From the NCBI GenBank assembly GCA_013151235.1, contig JAADIO010000023.1, forward strand, positions 1 through 62,241: a DNA stretch of 62,241 nucleotides, written 5' to 3'. This document shows positions 7,847 to 18,238 of this stretch, in pieces. The notes under the pieces are model-generated. The model saw nothing but the letters and a program-made list of their open reading frames with translations, made no database searches and had not been told where the DNA came from. Both the position numbers and the translations under genes were made by a program. Each line of letters begins with the position of its first letter. The first letter of the stretch is position 1. The DNA is from Deltaproteobacteria bacterium. Its GTDB lineage: Bacteria; CG2-30-53-67.

Positions 7847-10423
7847 TTGCGGTTCTCCATTTTCTTTTTCCTTCTGGGCCTTTTCCTGCACGCCCAGGCG
7901 GCAGCAGGCGCACAATACACTCAGGTTACAGATCCTTTCAAGACCTTCAATTATATTGATACGGCCTCCGGCGGGACCGAAATCACGCTTGGAGACAACG
8001 CCGCCAGTGATCCGGTCGATCTCGGCTTTACCTTCAACTATTACGGCACATCCCACACACAGATCATCATCGGTTCCAACGGAACAATCGGCTTTCCGAC
8101 GGAAACCACCGGCCTCGACACAACAACGAAACTCCCGGCCGTTCCCGACCCCACCGCTCCGAATGCCGTGATCGCCCCCTTTTCCGCCGATCTCGATCCC
8201 TCTTCCGGCGGAAGCATCCATTATCTCCAGGGCGGGACAACGGGGAGCCGCTATCTTGCCGTGGAATGGCTCAATGTCCCGCTGAAAGATAAGGGGGGTA
8301 TTCGCTCATTCGAGGTCGTCCTCTACGAGGACAACGGCGACATCCTCTTTCAGTACAAGACCCTCGAGGGAGGGGAAGGGATCGACAGTACAACCGTCAC
8401 CATAGGGATCGAAAACGGCGACGGATTAGTAGGCCTGACCCCGGCGGATGTAACGCAAATCGCAGAAGGGACCTCGATCCTCTTCTCGGAAAACCCCTCC
8501 GATGCCGACGGCAACGGCCTGATCGACCGCTTCGAATCGTTCTACAACCTCACCGGCGGCGGCACCGGAGACGATGACGGCGACGGGCTTTCCAACGCCG
8601 ATGAATTCACCGCCGGGACCCGGCCCGACGAGGTCGATTCCGACGGGGACGGGATCAGCGACAAAAACGATGCCGACCCGCTCTCCACTGATTCCGACTC
8701 CGACGGGCTCAGGGATTCCGTGGAGGATATCAACACAGACGGGGTCCGGGACGGCAGCGAGACCGATGCCGGCTCCTTCGATACTGACGGGGACGGCTAT
8801 ACCGACGCAGCCGAGATCACCTACGGCAGCGATCCCCGTGATGCCGCATCCACACCCTCCCTGAATTTCACAGCAGTCACAACCACAATCCAGGCGGCAA
8901 TAGACAACGCATCCGCCGGCGAACGTATCTATATCCCCGCAAGTACGACCCCCTATGTGGAAGATCTCACAATCAACAAGGCGATCACCCTGATCGGCGC
9001 CGGTACGGCTTTCACGACGATCGATGGGACGATTACCGTCAGCGGGGTTACGGGCGCCACACTGACCGGTTTCACCATTTCGGATGCAACGACCGCCGTT
9101 GAAATTCTCGGGGATGCTACATCCGTGACCGATGTCAATCTTACGAAGGTTACATTAAAGAACTGTACCAACGGGATCCTGATCTCCGACGCAGCCGCTT
9201 CCGGCGGAACGGCGGGAACGAAGACGAAAGCAGTCCTCAACGGGGTCACTTTCAGCGTGACTGATCCGATGACCGTCGGATACGGCATCAAGGTGGAGGA
9301 TTTACAGGATGGAACGGATGACGTACTCATGAATAACGCCTCCGTTACCCTCACCGGAAGCGGCGGCATCATCATCGACAACAGCCGCAACATCGAGATC
9401 CGTGGGACGTCGGTTTCCAGGAGCGAGACCGCCGGAATCGTAGTCCAGGGAGACGGGGTGTCTTCCCTCGACATCGACAATACGTCCCTCTCCGGCAACT
9501 ACGGAACCGGCATCACGGTGGCCGGCAACGGCACCGGGATCATCCTGAATCGGGATACCCTCTCGGGGAATGCCGGAAGTGGAATACGACTGACCGGCAA
9601 CGCCTCGACCACCCTGACGGATAACACGATTACCCAGAACGGCGGATACGGGATGGAGGCGACGAGCGCTCCCACAGTAACCAATTCCGGAAATGCCCTT
9701 ACAGGGAATACAAGCGGGAGTTACAGCAGCACCTCCATCTTCAGCGTCGACACGCCTGCCGACATCACAGGCACAAGCAGCACGGGACAGGTGATCGCCC
9801 AGTCTGTCGCCTGGATCCCGGCCGCCACGGGGGGGACGGTGCCCCTGATCGAACCACCGGTCGTGCTGAGCGATCCGATCTACAGCCTGTTCGGTGCAAG
9901 CATCACCTTCCCGGCCGGTGCGCTGAGCGAAGATACCCGGGTCACGATCTCCAAATCAACGGCATCTTATCCCTCGCTCCCGATCACGTTCAACTACCCC
10001 ATGCCGCTCGCCGAGTTTTCCCTGGAACAGGGAACGTTGAACGGAACGGCCACCGTAACCCTGCCCGTCCTGGCGGGTTACGATACCGATACGGCCCGGG
10101 TCTTTCATCTGAACGGGAACACCTGGGAAGAAGTCACGGCTGCGCCGCCGGTCGGCAACGCTGTTACATCGCTGGAGACAAAAACCATCGCCGCCGTCCA
10201 TCAACAGGTCTCCTTCCGGACGACCGGCATGGGCAGTTTCATTCTGGTCATCGACCTCCCGCTCCTTGACCATGGAGATCCGGGAAGCGGAGGAGGATGT
10301 GCCCTGCGGAGAAGGCCAGAAGCCGCCATATCCTCTTCGCTACCCGACACGATACTCTTCTTTTCTCCGCTGTTGGCCCTGTTCATGAAAATTCGAAAGC
10401 GATGGTCCGCCGTTGAAAAGTAA
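7847..10423 (+). CDS. Large secreted/surface protein: nidogen(NIDO)-like domain, DxDGDG Ca-binding repeats, right-handed beta-helix, ZU5-like segment, C-terminal GGGC-TM-basic sorting tail
   Basis: Signal peptide ending AQA/AAGA; LGFTFNYYG..SNG..IAPFSADL; repeated DSDGDG; SGNxGxGI repeats; GASITFPAGAL; tail GSGGGCAL...ILFFSPLLALFMKIRKRW; TTG start after GGGGG. Confidence 0.75.
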   Translation: MRFSIFFFLLGLFLHAQAAAGAQYTQVTDPFKTFNYIDTASGGTEITLGDNAASDPVDLGFTFNYYGTSHTQIIIGSNGTIGFPTETTGLDTTTKLPAVPDPTAPNAVIAPFSADLDPSSGGSIHYLQGGTTGSRYLAVEWLNVPLKDKGGIRSFEVVLYEDNGDILFQYKTLEGGEGIDSTTVTIGIENGDGLVGLTPADVTQIAEGTSILFSENPSDADGNGLIDRFESFYNLTGGGTGDDDGDGLSNADEFTAGTRPDEVDSDGDGISDKNDADPLSTDSDSDGLRDSVEDINTDGVRDGSETDAGSFDTDGDGYTDAAEITYGSDPRDAASTPSLNFTAVTTTIQAAIDNASAGERIYIPASTTPYVEDLTINKAITLIGAGTAFTTIDGTITVSGVTGATLTGFTISDATTAVEILGDATSVTDVNLTKVTLKNCTNGILISDAAASGGTAGTKTKAVLNGVTFSVTDPMTVGYGIKVEDLQDGTDDVLMNNASVTLTGSGGIIIDNSRNIEIRGTSVSRSETAGIVVQGDGVSSLDIDNTSLSGNYGTGITVAGNGTGIILNRDTLSGNAGSGIRLTGNASTTLTDNTITQNGGYGMEATSAPTVTNSGNALTGNTSGSYSSTSIFSVDTPADITGTSSTGQVIAQSVAWIPAATGGTVPLIEPPVVLSDPIYSLFGASITFPAGALSEDTRVTISKSTASYPSLPITFNYPMPLAEFSLEQGTLNGTATVTLPVLAGYDTDTARVFHLNGNTWEEVTAAPPVGNAVTSLETKTIAAVHQQVSFRTTGMGSFILVIDLPLLDHGDPGSGGGCALRRRPEAAISSSLPDTILFFSPLLALFMKIRKRWSAVEK

Positions 10424-12836
10424 TATCAACATAGACGCTCGATTCCGGGCATGGCACCGGCGGCTTGCCTGGCTGTTGCCGGCTTTCGTTTGTCTGCTGG
10501 CAATCTGCAGTGCCACCGAGGCCGCCCCGATCATCCGGAAGATCGAGATTGTGGGCAACCGAAGGATTGATAGCGGAACACTCCTCAGCCGTATCCAATC
10601 GAAAAAGGGGGAATCGCTCTCCATGGAAACCATCCGGAAAGATATCCGGGCAATCTATGGCATGGGGGGATATTTCGAGAACGTGCAGGTAGAAAGCGAA
10701 CCGGTCAAAGACGGAATCCGGCTAATCTTCCGGGTCAAGGAGAAACCGATCATCTCTGAGATTACGATCAAGGGAAACAAGGAATTGGAAGAGGGAAAAA
10801 TCCGGGATGTCCTCAAGGCACGGATCGGCTCTCCCTATGATCTCCGGCAGATCAAACGTGACCGAGAGGCCATCCGGAAACTGTACCGTGACGAAGGTTT
10901 TTACTTTGCAAAGATTCAGGCAACGGCAAAAGATGACCGGAATAAAAACAAAAAACTCCACTACAAGATCAGCGAAGGGAAAAAGGTCATCATCGGCGAG
11001 ATCATCCTGAAGGGGAGCAAGCAGCTCAAGCCCGGAGAGATCAAGAAAAAGGCCATGGAAACCAAGGAACACTGGATGCTTTCCTTTATCAGTTCCGCCG
11101 GGGTCTATAAACGGGAGACACTCAATATCGACCTGGCCCGGATCAAGGATTTCTACTACAGCCACGGCTACCTTGAGGTCAAGGTGGGAGAACCGGAGAT
11201 CTCCTTCAAAAAACCGAAAAGACGCACACATGACCGATTCTACGAATGGTTCGAGGGATGGGGGTGGGGCAAGAGCAAGATTGTCGTGACAATCCCCATC
11301 CATGAAGGAAAGCAGTACAAGATCGGGAAGGTCCGTTTTGAGGGAAATAATGCCATCTCCAGTGAGATCCTGGCTTCCTCCCTCTCCTCGAAGAAAGGAG
11401 AGATCTTCAGCAGCGAGAAGATCCGGAAGGATATTTCCATCATTGCTCATCTCTATGGAAAAAAGGGGTACGCCTTTGCCAACGGAACTCCCCTGACCAA
11501 TCTTCACCGGGAGACCCGGACCGTGGACCTTACCTGGGATATCGATGAGGGACAGCGGGTCTACATCGGCGAGGTCAATATCCTGGGAAACGTTCGGACC
11601 CGGGACAACGTGATCCGACGGGAACTCCGCTTCAATGAAGGAGACCGGTACAATATTGCCAAGATAGATCGAAGCAAGGTTCGCATCCGGAATACCGGTT
11701 TTTTCAAGGACGTGCAGATCCGGACCAATCGACGGCCCGGCCGGCAGGTGGTTGATCTTAACGTCCTGGTTAAAGAACAACAGACCGGCTCCTTGAGTTT
11801 CGGGATCGGCGCCAGTTCCACCCAGGGGCTGATCGGATCTTTCGATGTGCAGCAGAAAAACATCTTCGGCACCGGGCGGGAGGTCAACATCTCCGCCGTC
11901 CTCGGCGGAAAGGACAGCAGTTTTAACCTCCGATTTGTGGAGCCCTGGCTCTATGACCGGGAGGTCAGTCTCGGGTTCAACCTCTATAAGAACATCTCCG
12001 ATTACGACTCCTTCCGGGAAGAAACCCTGGGCGGCGGCATGACGTTCGGCCGCGCCCTCGATGAGTACAGCCGGGGATCGATCGGCATCAACTACGAAGA
12101 CATCCATTACAACAATGTCGACCAGGGATACAACGCAAACCTGATCCAGGGACAGTCGGTCTCCGACATCACTCTGGGCTGGAAGCGAAACACCGTCGAC
12201 AACATCATGGACCCGACCCGGGGCTACCTGGCCCGGGCCTCCGCAAAACTCGCCGGACTCATCGGCAACGCAAAATTCAACAAGTACTATCTTGCCGACC
12301 GGATCTTCATCAAGGGCCCCGGAAAAATCACCTTCTCCGAAAACGGAGAGGTTGGTTATATCAAAGCGAGCAGCGCAAAGGAGATCCCCGTATCCGAACT
12401 TTATTATCTGGGAGGGATCGAATCGCTGCGGGGGTATCAGTACCGGAGCCTGGGCCCGAGGAACTTTTTCGGCAGCCTCATCGGCGGCAGAAAGATGCTC
12501 CTGTCCAACTCCGAGATCTATTTCCCCGTCGCACCTTCGGCGGGACTGAAGGGCTTTCTCTTCTTCGATATCGGAAAAGTCTATGACCCCGTCACCCGGA
12601 CGGTCATCTCATCCTACCGGGAGATCGACACCGATGGAGACGGTTTCGTCGACACCACCGAAGCGGTACGAAGCCCGAACATCACCGACGGCAATCAATG
12701 GAAGCGAAGCTACGGAATCGGCATCTCCTGGCGCTCTCCGGCGGGACCGATCAAGCTGGTATGGGCAAAGGCAATGAACCCGGAAGCCTTTGATAACGTT
12801 GAGACAATTCAGTTCAGCATGGGAACGACCTTTTAA
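10413..12836 (+). CDS. bamA: Outer membrane protein assembly factor BamA
   Basis: Five POTRA repeats, RTRDNVIRRELRF, L6 motif LRGY, WRSPAGPI, C-terminal F. Confidence 0.95.
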   Translation: MKSNINIDARFRAWHRRLAWLLPAFVCLLAICSATEAAPIIRKIEIVGNRRIDSGTLLSRIQSKKGESLSMETIRKDIRAIYGMGGYFENVQVESEPVKDGIRLIFRVKEKPIISEITIKGNKELEEGKIRDVLKARIGSPYDLRQIKRDREAIRKLYRDEGFYFAKIQATAKDDRNKNKKLHYKISEGKKVIIGEIILKGSKQLKPGEIKKKAMETKEHWMLSFISSAGVYKRETLNIDLARIKDFYYSHGYLEVKVGEPEISFKKPKRRTHDRFYEWFEGWGWGKSKIVVTIPIHEGKQYKIGKVRFEGNNAISSEILASSLSSKKGEIFSSEKIRKDISIIAHLYGKKGYAFANGTPLTNLHRETRTVDLTWDIDEGQRVYIGEVNILGNVRTRDNVIRRELRFNEGDRYNIAKIDRSKVRIRNTGFFKDVQIRTNRRPGRQVVDLNVLVKEQQTGSLSFGIGASSTQGLIGSFDVQQKNIFGTGREVNISAVLGGKDSSFNLRFVEPWLYDREVSLGFNLYKNISDYDSFREETLGGGMTFGRALDEYSRGSIGINYEDIHYNNVDQGYNANLIQGQSVSDITLGWKRNTVDNIMDPTRGYLARASAKLAGLIGNAKFNKYYLADRIFIKGPGKITFSENGEVGYIKASSAKEIPVSELYYLGGIESLRGYQYRSLGPRNFFGSLIGGRKMLLSNSEIYFPVAPSAGLKGFLFFDIGKVYDPVTRTVISSYREIDTDGDGFVDTTEAVRSPNITDGNQWKRSYGIGISWRSPAGPIKLVWAKAMNPEAFDNVETIQFSMGTTF

Positions 12837-12856
12837 CCTTACCCAAGGAGTCTTTT

Positions 12857-13384
12857 ATGAAAGCAAAAACCCCCCTGATGGCAATACTGATCCTTTCTTT
12901 CCTGCTGATCTCTTTCCGGCCGGCCTCGGCCAAGGAAAATCAAATCGGGATCGTTGATTTCCAGAAGGTCTTTGAAGAATCAACGGTCATCCGAAAGATG
13001 AACGACAATTTACAGGACAAGATCAAAGCGCAAGAGCAGGAGATCGAAAAAAAACGGGAGGACCTGGCAAAGATGCAGCAGGACCTGGAGAAAAAAAAGG
13101 CCCTCATGAACGCCGATGCCCGGACACAAAAAGAAGAGGAACTCCGCCAAAAGCTCAAAGACCTGAAGCGTTACGCCGACGACAAGAAAGATGAATTTCA
13201 GCGAAAAGGAAACAGCCTGATGCAGGCGATCATGAAGGACCTGACAAAAATCGTTCAGGAGATCAGAAAAGAGAAGGGTTATACCGCCATCCTCGAACGA
13301 TCCTCAGGAGGTGTGGTTTGCTGCTCCCCCTCGGTCGACATTACCGAAGAAGTGATCTCGGAATACGATAAGAGGAACAAATAA
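12857..13384 (+). CDS. skp: Periplasmic chaperone Skp/OmpH
   Basis: [10 protein letters not shown], coiled coil, VDITEEVI; position between bamA and lpxD. Confidence 0.92.
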   Translation: MKAKTPLMAILILSFLLISFRPASAKENQIGIVDFQKVFEESTVIRKMNDNLQDKIKAQEQEIEKKREDLAKMQQDLEKKKALMNADARTQKEEELRQKLKDLKRYADDKKDEFQRKGNSLMQAIMKDLTKIVQEIRKEKGYTAILERSSGGVVCCSPSVDITEEVISEYDKRNK

Positions 13385-14469
13385 TGTCCGGGAAAGGGCA
13401 CCACAAAACCTGGCGTCTCTCCGAACTGGCCTCGCAGGCCGGCGGTCATCTGGAGGGAGACGGGACCCTCGAAATCTCGGGCCTGAATTCTCTGAAGGAT
13501 GCGGGGACCGGGGAGTTGGCCTTTCTGGCCAACCCGAAATACCTGCCGGAACTGGAACGGACAAAGGCCTCGGCCGTGATCCTGCCGCCGGACGTTCCTG
13601 TACGGATCGCTGCAATTCGGAGTCCAAACCCCTATCTCGCCTTCGCGAAGATCGCGACACTGATGCAGGGAGAAAGACCCGCCCCCCTCGGGGTGAGTTC
13701 CGACCTGATGCAGGGAGTTCGGTGCCGGCTGGGCAAGGATCTCTCCATTCATCCCCGAGTGGTCCTGGGCAATCACGTGACCGTAGGGGATCGAGTCACC
13801 CTCCATTCCGGGGTCGTCATCGGCGACAACAGCATTATCGGCGACGATACACGTTTCTATTCCAACGTCTCCGTGCGGGAGAATTGCCGGATCGGGAAAA
13901 GGGTCATCCTCCATTGCGGAGTGGTCATCGGCAGCGACGGGTTCGGTTTCGCCCCGGACGGTAATGAATATTACAAAATCCCCCAAACCGGCGGGGTCGT
14001 CCTTGAAGATGATGTGGAGATCGGCGCCAATTCGACCATCGACCGCGGCGCATTAGGAGACACCATCATCCGCCGGGGAACAAAGATCGACAATCTCGTC
14101 ATGATCGCCCACAATGTGGAGATCGGAGAAAATTCGATCATCGTCTCACAGGTCGGCATTTCCGGCAGCACGAAGATCGGAAATCATGTCACCCTCGCCG
14201 GACAGGTCGGTGTGGCGGGTCACCTGACGATCGGGGATGAGGTCACGGTCGGAGCACAGTCCGGGATCACGCGGAACCTGGCGCCCAAGAAACGGGTCAG
14301 CGGCCTGCCGGTAATTGACCATCAAAAGTGGCTGAAAGCGGCAAGCAGCTTTGAGCACCTGCCGACGATCCGGAAGGCGGTAAGGAAACTGGAAGAACGG
14401 ATCCGGGAACTCGAAGCTACGAGGAGGGAGGCCCCCGGATCTTCAAAAGAAGGAGGATATAGAAGATGA
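13384..14469 (+). CDS. lpxD: UDP-3-O-acylglucosamine N-acyltransferase
   Basis: Hexapeptide repeats, [17 protein letters not shown]. Confidence 0.96.
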   Translation: MSGKGHHKTWRLSELASQAGGHLEGDGTLEISGLNSLKDAGTGELAFLANPKYLPELERTKASAVILPPDVPVRIAAIRSPNPYLAFAKIATLMQGERPAPLGVSSDLMQGVRCRLGKDLSIHPRVVLGNHVTVGDRVTLHSGVVIGDNSIIGDDTRFYSNVSVRENCRIGKRVILHCGVVIGSDGFGFAPDGNEYYKIPQTGGVVLEDDVEIGANSTIDRGALGDTIIRRGTKIDNLVMIAHNVEIGENSIIVSQVGISGSTKIGNHVTLAGQVGVAGHLTIGDEVTVGAQSGITRNLAPKKRVSGLPVIDHQKWLKAASSFEHLPTIRKAVRKLEERIRELEATRREAPGSSKEGGYRR

Positions 14470-14897
14470 TGGACATCAACAAAATCATGGAGTATCTTCC
14501 ACACCGGTATCCCTTCCTGCTGGTCGACCGGATCGTAGAAATGGAAGCCGGAAAACGGATTGTCGGTCTGAAAAACGTCACCCATAATGAACCTTTTTTT
14601 CAGGGCCATTTCCCCGGTCATCCGATCATGCCGGGGGTCCTGATCATCGAAGCCATGGCCCAGACCGCCGGGGTGCTCTCCATGCAGATGGTGGACGACC
14701 CGGCCTCAAAGGTCATCTATTTCATGAGCATCGACCGGGCCAGGTTCCGTCATCCCGTGGTGCCGGGGGACCAGCTTCGGATGGAACTGGAAGTCATCAA
14801 GATCCGGGTCCCCATCATGAAGTTGGAAGGCCGTGCCTATGTGGAAGACAAAAAAGTCGCCGAGGCACTGCTGACGGCAACCATCACCGATAAATGA
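14466..14897 (+). CDS. fabZ: 3-hydroxyacyl-ACP dehydratase
   Basis: [32 protein letters not shown]. Confidence 0.97.
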   Translation: MMDINKIMEYLPHRYPFLLVDRIVEMEAGKRIVGLKNVTHNEPFFQGHFPGHPIMPGVLIIEAMAQTAGVLSMQMVDDPASKVIYFMSIDRARFRHPVVPGDQLRMELEVIKIRVPIMKLEGRAYVEDKKVAEALLTATITDK

Positions 14898-14920
14898 ACA
14901 TCCCGAAAAAAGGTCACCCC

Positions 14921-15694
14921 ATGAAGATACATCCGACAACCCTCGTCCATCCCGGAGCAAAGATCGGTAAAAAAGTAGAGATCGGCCCCTTCTGCACGAT
15001 CGGGGAACACGTTACCATCGGAGCCGGAACAAAGATCAAGTCCCACGTCAGTATTGACGGATGGACCGAAATCGGCGAAGGGTGCGCCTTTTATCCCTTC
15101 TCCTCCATCGGGGAACCGCCGCAGGACCTGAAGTTCAAAGGGGAGGCCTCGAACCTGAAGATCGGGAAGAACAACGTCTTCCGGGAATTCATTACCGTAA
15201 ATCGGGGCACGGAACACGGCGGAGGAGAGACCGTCATCGGCGACAACAATTTTTTCATGGCCTATTGCCACGTCGCACACGACTGCCGGATCGGCCACCA
15301 TGTCGTACTGGCGAACGCCGCCACCCTGGCCGGTCATATCACCATCGACGACCACGCCATCATCGGCGGGATCTCAGCCATTCACCAGTTTGTCCGGATC
15401 GGACGGCATGCCATTGTCGGCGGGGCCTCCGCCGTCCCCAAGGATGTCCCCCCCTTCTGTAACGCCACGGGGAACCGGGCGACCCTGCACGGGCTGAACA
15501 CCATAGGGCTCAAGCGCCACGAATTTCCGGAGGAGACAGTGCGGGAACTGAAAAAGGCCTACCGGATCCTCTTTCGATCCGCCCTCCTCTTCGAGGAGGC
15601 CCGGGCACGGGTTGAACAGGAGGTGGCGAAGCTTCCGGAGGTCCGGGAACTGCTCGACTTTCTTCAGCATTCCGAACGGGGTTTCTGCCGATAG
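14921..15694 (+). CDS. lpxA: UDP-N-acetylglucosamine acyltransferase
   Basis: PQDLKF, HVAHDC, IHQFVRIG, GLKR; alternative start 14894. Confidence 0.96.
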   Translation: MKIHPTTLVHPGAKIGKKVEIGPFCTIGEHVTIGAGTKIKSHVSIDGWTEIGEGCAFYPFSSIGEPPQDLKFKGEASNLKIGKNNVFREFITVNRGTEHGGGETVIGDNNFFMAYCHVAHDCRIGHHVVLANAATLAGHITIDDHAIIGGISAIHQFVRIGRHAIVGGASAVPKDVPPFCNATGNRATLHGLNTIGLKRHEFPEETVRELKKAYRILFRSALLFEEARARVEQEVAKLPEVRELLDFLQHSERGFCR

Positions 15695-15705
15695 GATGAA
15701 CAACC

Positions 15706-16653
15706 ATGAAAAAATATTCTCCCATCGATTTAAAGAAAATCACCACCTACCCGATTGAACAACGGAAGAACAAGGTCAACGTGAAGGCCTTCGCTCAGCC
15801 TCAAAAGCCGGGAGCAGGGTTCAATAATTTCCTGGAGTCCCTCCCGGACATCCTGGCCGCACGGGACTTCAAGGCCGTCGTCGAGGCGGTCGTCGATGCA
15901 CACAGACGGAAACGTCCGGTTCTGCTGGCCATGGGCGGCCACGTGATCAAATGCGGACTGGCGCCGCTCCTCATCGACCTGATAAACCGGGGGATCATCA
16001 CGGCCCTGGCGTTAAACGGTTCCGCAAGTATTCACGACTATGAGATTTCCTTCCAGGGCGGCAGTTCCGAAGATGTGGCGCAAGAACTGAAAACGGGGCA
16101 CTTCGGCATGGCCGACGAAACCGGGCGGGGAATTCATGAAGCGTTGGCTGCAGGCGACCGGGAGGGCTGGGGATACGGTGAATCACTGGGCCGGTATATC
16201 CTTGACCGGAAGACCCCCTTCCGGCAATACAGCGTCCTGGCCGCCGCCGCCGAACGGAAGGTCCCCGCAACGGTCCATGTCTCCATCGGGACCGATATCA
16301 TCCACATGCACCCCGGGATGGACGGCAGGATCATGGGGGAAGCCACTTTCCGGGATTTCAGGATCTTCTGTTCCGTCGTCGCCGATCTGGGACAGGGGGG
16401 AGTCTTCCTCAATGTCGGATCGGCAGTCGTCATGCCGGAGGTCTTTCTCAAGGCCGTCAGTATCGCCCGGAATCTTGGACACGACCTGAGTGATTTTGTC
16501 ACGGTCAATTTTGACATGATTCAGCACTACCGCCCCCGGGAGAATGTGGTCCGCCGCCCGACCCTCGGCTGCGGGCAGGGCTATGCCATCACCGGGCACC
16601 ATGAAATCATGATTCCGCTGCTGGCGCGGGCAATCGTGGAAAAATTAAAATGA
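15706..16653 (+). CDS. Deoxyhypusine-synthase-like protein of unknown function
   Basis: MGGHVIKCGLAPLLIDLINRGIITALALNGS and C-terminal GHHEIMIPLLA resemble DHS; no SWGK catalytic motif. Confidence 0.6.
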   Translation: MKKYSPIDLKKITTYPIEQRKNKVNVKAFAQPQKPGAGFNNFLESLPDILAARDFKAVVEAVVDAHRRKRPVLLAMGGHVIKCGLAPLLIDLINRGIITALALNGSASIHDYEISFQGGSSEDVAQELKTGHFGMADETGRGIHEALAAGDREGWGYGESLGRYILDRKTPFRQYSVLAAAAERKVPATVHVSIGTDIIHMHPGMDGRIMGEATFRDFRIFCSVVADLGQGGVFLNVGSAVVMPEVFLKAVSIARNLGHDLSDFVTVNFDMIQHYRPRENVVRRPTLGCGQGYAITGHHEIMIPLLARAIVEKLK

Positions 16654-16711
16654 CGAATTCGCAAAAAGTCCGTCTGCAACAAAAAAACAGAATCGTGGTG
16701 AGGGGAACGGT

Positions 16712-18220
16712 ATGAATCAAGAGCGGATCCGGGAAATCCTCGGGAAGATCAGGAACCGGAAGATCCTCGTCGTCGGTGACGTCATGGTGGATGAGTATGT
16801 CTGGGGGCAAATTGACAGGATTTCACCGGAAGCCCCGATCCAGGTCGTCGATGTCCATTCGGAGAACACCGTCCCCGGCGGCGGCGCCAACGTGGTCGCG
16901 AATCTTGTCGGCCTGGGGGCCAGGGTCTATCTGGGGAGCGTTGTCGGAAAGGACGCGAAAGGCGACCTCCTCCGGGAACGGCTGCGCAAACAGGGGGTCC
17001 GTATCCAGGGAATGATCACCGACCGGACGCGGCCCACCTCGACGAAGACACGAATCATGGGCCGGAATCAGCAGCTCCTTCGGATCGATCGGGAAGATCG
17101 GACCCCGCTCCGGCCGGAGACGGAACAACGTCTCCTTGCCTATCTGAAAAAACAGATTCCGCTCTGTGATGCCGTGATCCTCTCAGACTACGGGAAAGGG
17201 ATCCTCACGGAGAAGATCTTGACGGAGACGATCAGAAACGCTGCGAAAGAGGGAAAGATCATCACCGCCGATCCGAAAGGGAAAGATTTTAAAAAGTACC
17301 GGGGCATCACCTGCCTGACCCCCAACCGCAGGGAGGCGGAGGAAGCAACGGGAAGAATCCTGGCGAAGAGATCGGAGATCCGGGAGGCGGCAGAGCAATT
17401 ACAGAGAGTCCTTCACAGCCCGGCCTGCCTGATCACCCTCGGGGGAGACGGCATGGCCCTGCGGGAACGGAATCGGTTTACCTTTCTCTCAACCGCAGCG
17501 CGGGAGGTCTTTGATGTCAGCGGCGCCGGGGATACGGTAATCGCCGCATTAACGCTCGTGGCAGCCGCGGGCTATTCGCTGAAAGAGGCCGCCGAAATCG
17601 CCAATCTCGCCGCCGGGGTCGTTGTCGGAAAGGTTGGTACCGCTCACGTCGCCCCCCGGGAGATCCTCGACCATGCAATGGGGGCCGGTGGGGACCGGAC
17701 CGGAAAGATTTTCTCCTTTGTGGAACTGAAAGAGGAGATCCGGCGGAAAAAAGCACTCGGCAAGAAGGTGATCTTTACCAACGGCTGCTTCGATCTCCTC
17801 CATGTGGGGCATATCCGATACCTCCAGGAGGCCCGTGCCCTGGGGGACCTGCTGGTGTTGGGACTGAACAGTGACGACTCGGTACGAAAACTGAAGGGGA
17901 AACTTCGTCCGCTCATCTCCCAGGAGGAACGGGCGCTGATCCTGGCCGCCCTCGACTGCATTGATTATGTCGTGATCTTCGAGGAACGGACTCCGCTCAA
18001 ACTGATCCGGGAGTTACAACCCGACGTCCTCGTCAAAGGCGGAGACTACAAGAAATCCGAGGTCGTCGGCGGCAACTTGGTGGAGGCCGCCGGAGGAAGG
18101 GTTGCCCTGATCCCTATCGTCCGGGGAAAATCCACGAGCGGTCTGGTGGAACGGATCGTGGAACGCTACGGGAAAGAGCAAGGCGCAAAGGGACAAAAAC
18201 GCCCGAAAAACTTTTTGTAA
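16712..18220 (+). CDS. hldE: Bifunctional heptose-7-phosphate kinase / heptose-1-phosphate adenylyltransferase
   Basis: RISPEAP, DVSGAGDTV (PfkB) plus FTNGCFDLLHVGH (cytidylyltransferase). Confidence 0.96.
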   Translation: MNQERIREILGKIRNRKILVVGDVMVDEYVWGQIDRISPEAPIQVVDVHSENTVPGGGANVVANLVGLGARVYLGSVVGKDAKGDLLRERLRKQGVRIQGMITDRTRPTSTKTRIMGRNQQLLRIDREDRTPLRPETEQRLLAYLKKQIPLCDAVILSDYGKGILTEKILTETIRNAAKEGKIITADPKGKDFKKYRGITCLTPNRREAEEATGRILAKRSEIREAAEQLQRVLHSPACLITLGGDGMALRERNRFTFLSTAAREVFDVSGAGDTVIAALTLVAAAGYSLKEAAEIANLAAGVVVGKVGTAHVAPREILDHAMGAGGDRTGKIFSFVELKEEIRRKKALGKKVIFTNGCFDLLHVGHIRYLQEARALGDLLVLGLNSDDSVRKLKGKLRPLISQEERALILAALDCIDYVVIFEERTPLKLIRELQPDVLVKGGDYKKSEVVGGNLVEAAGGRVALIPIVRGKSTSGLVERIVERYGKEQGAKGQKRPKNFL

Positions 18221-18238
18221 CCGGACAGGACAAAGGCC

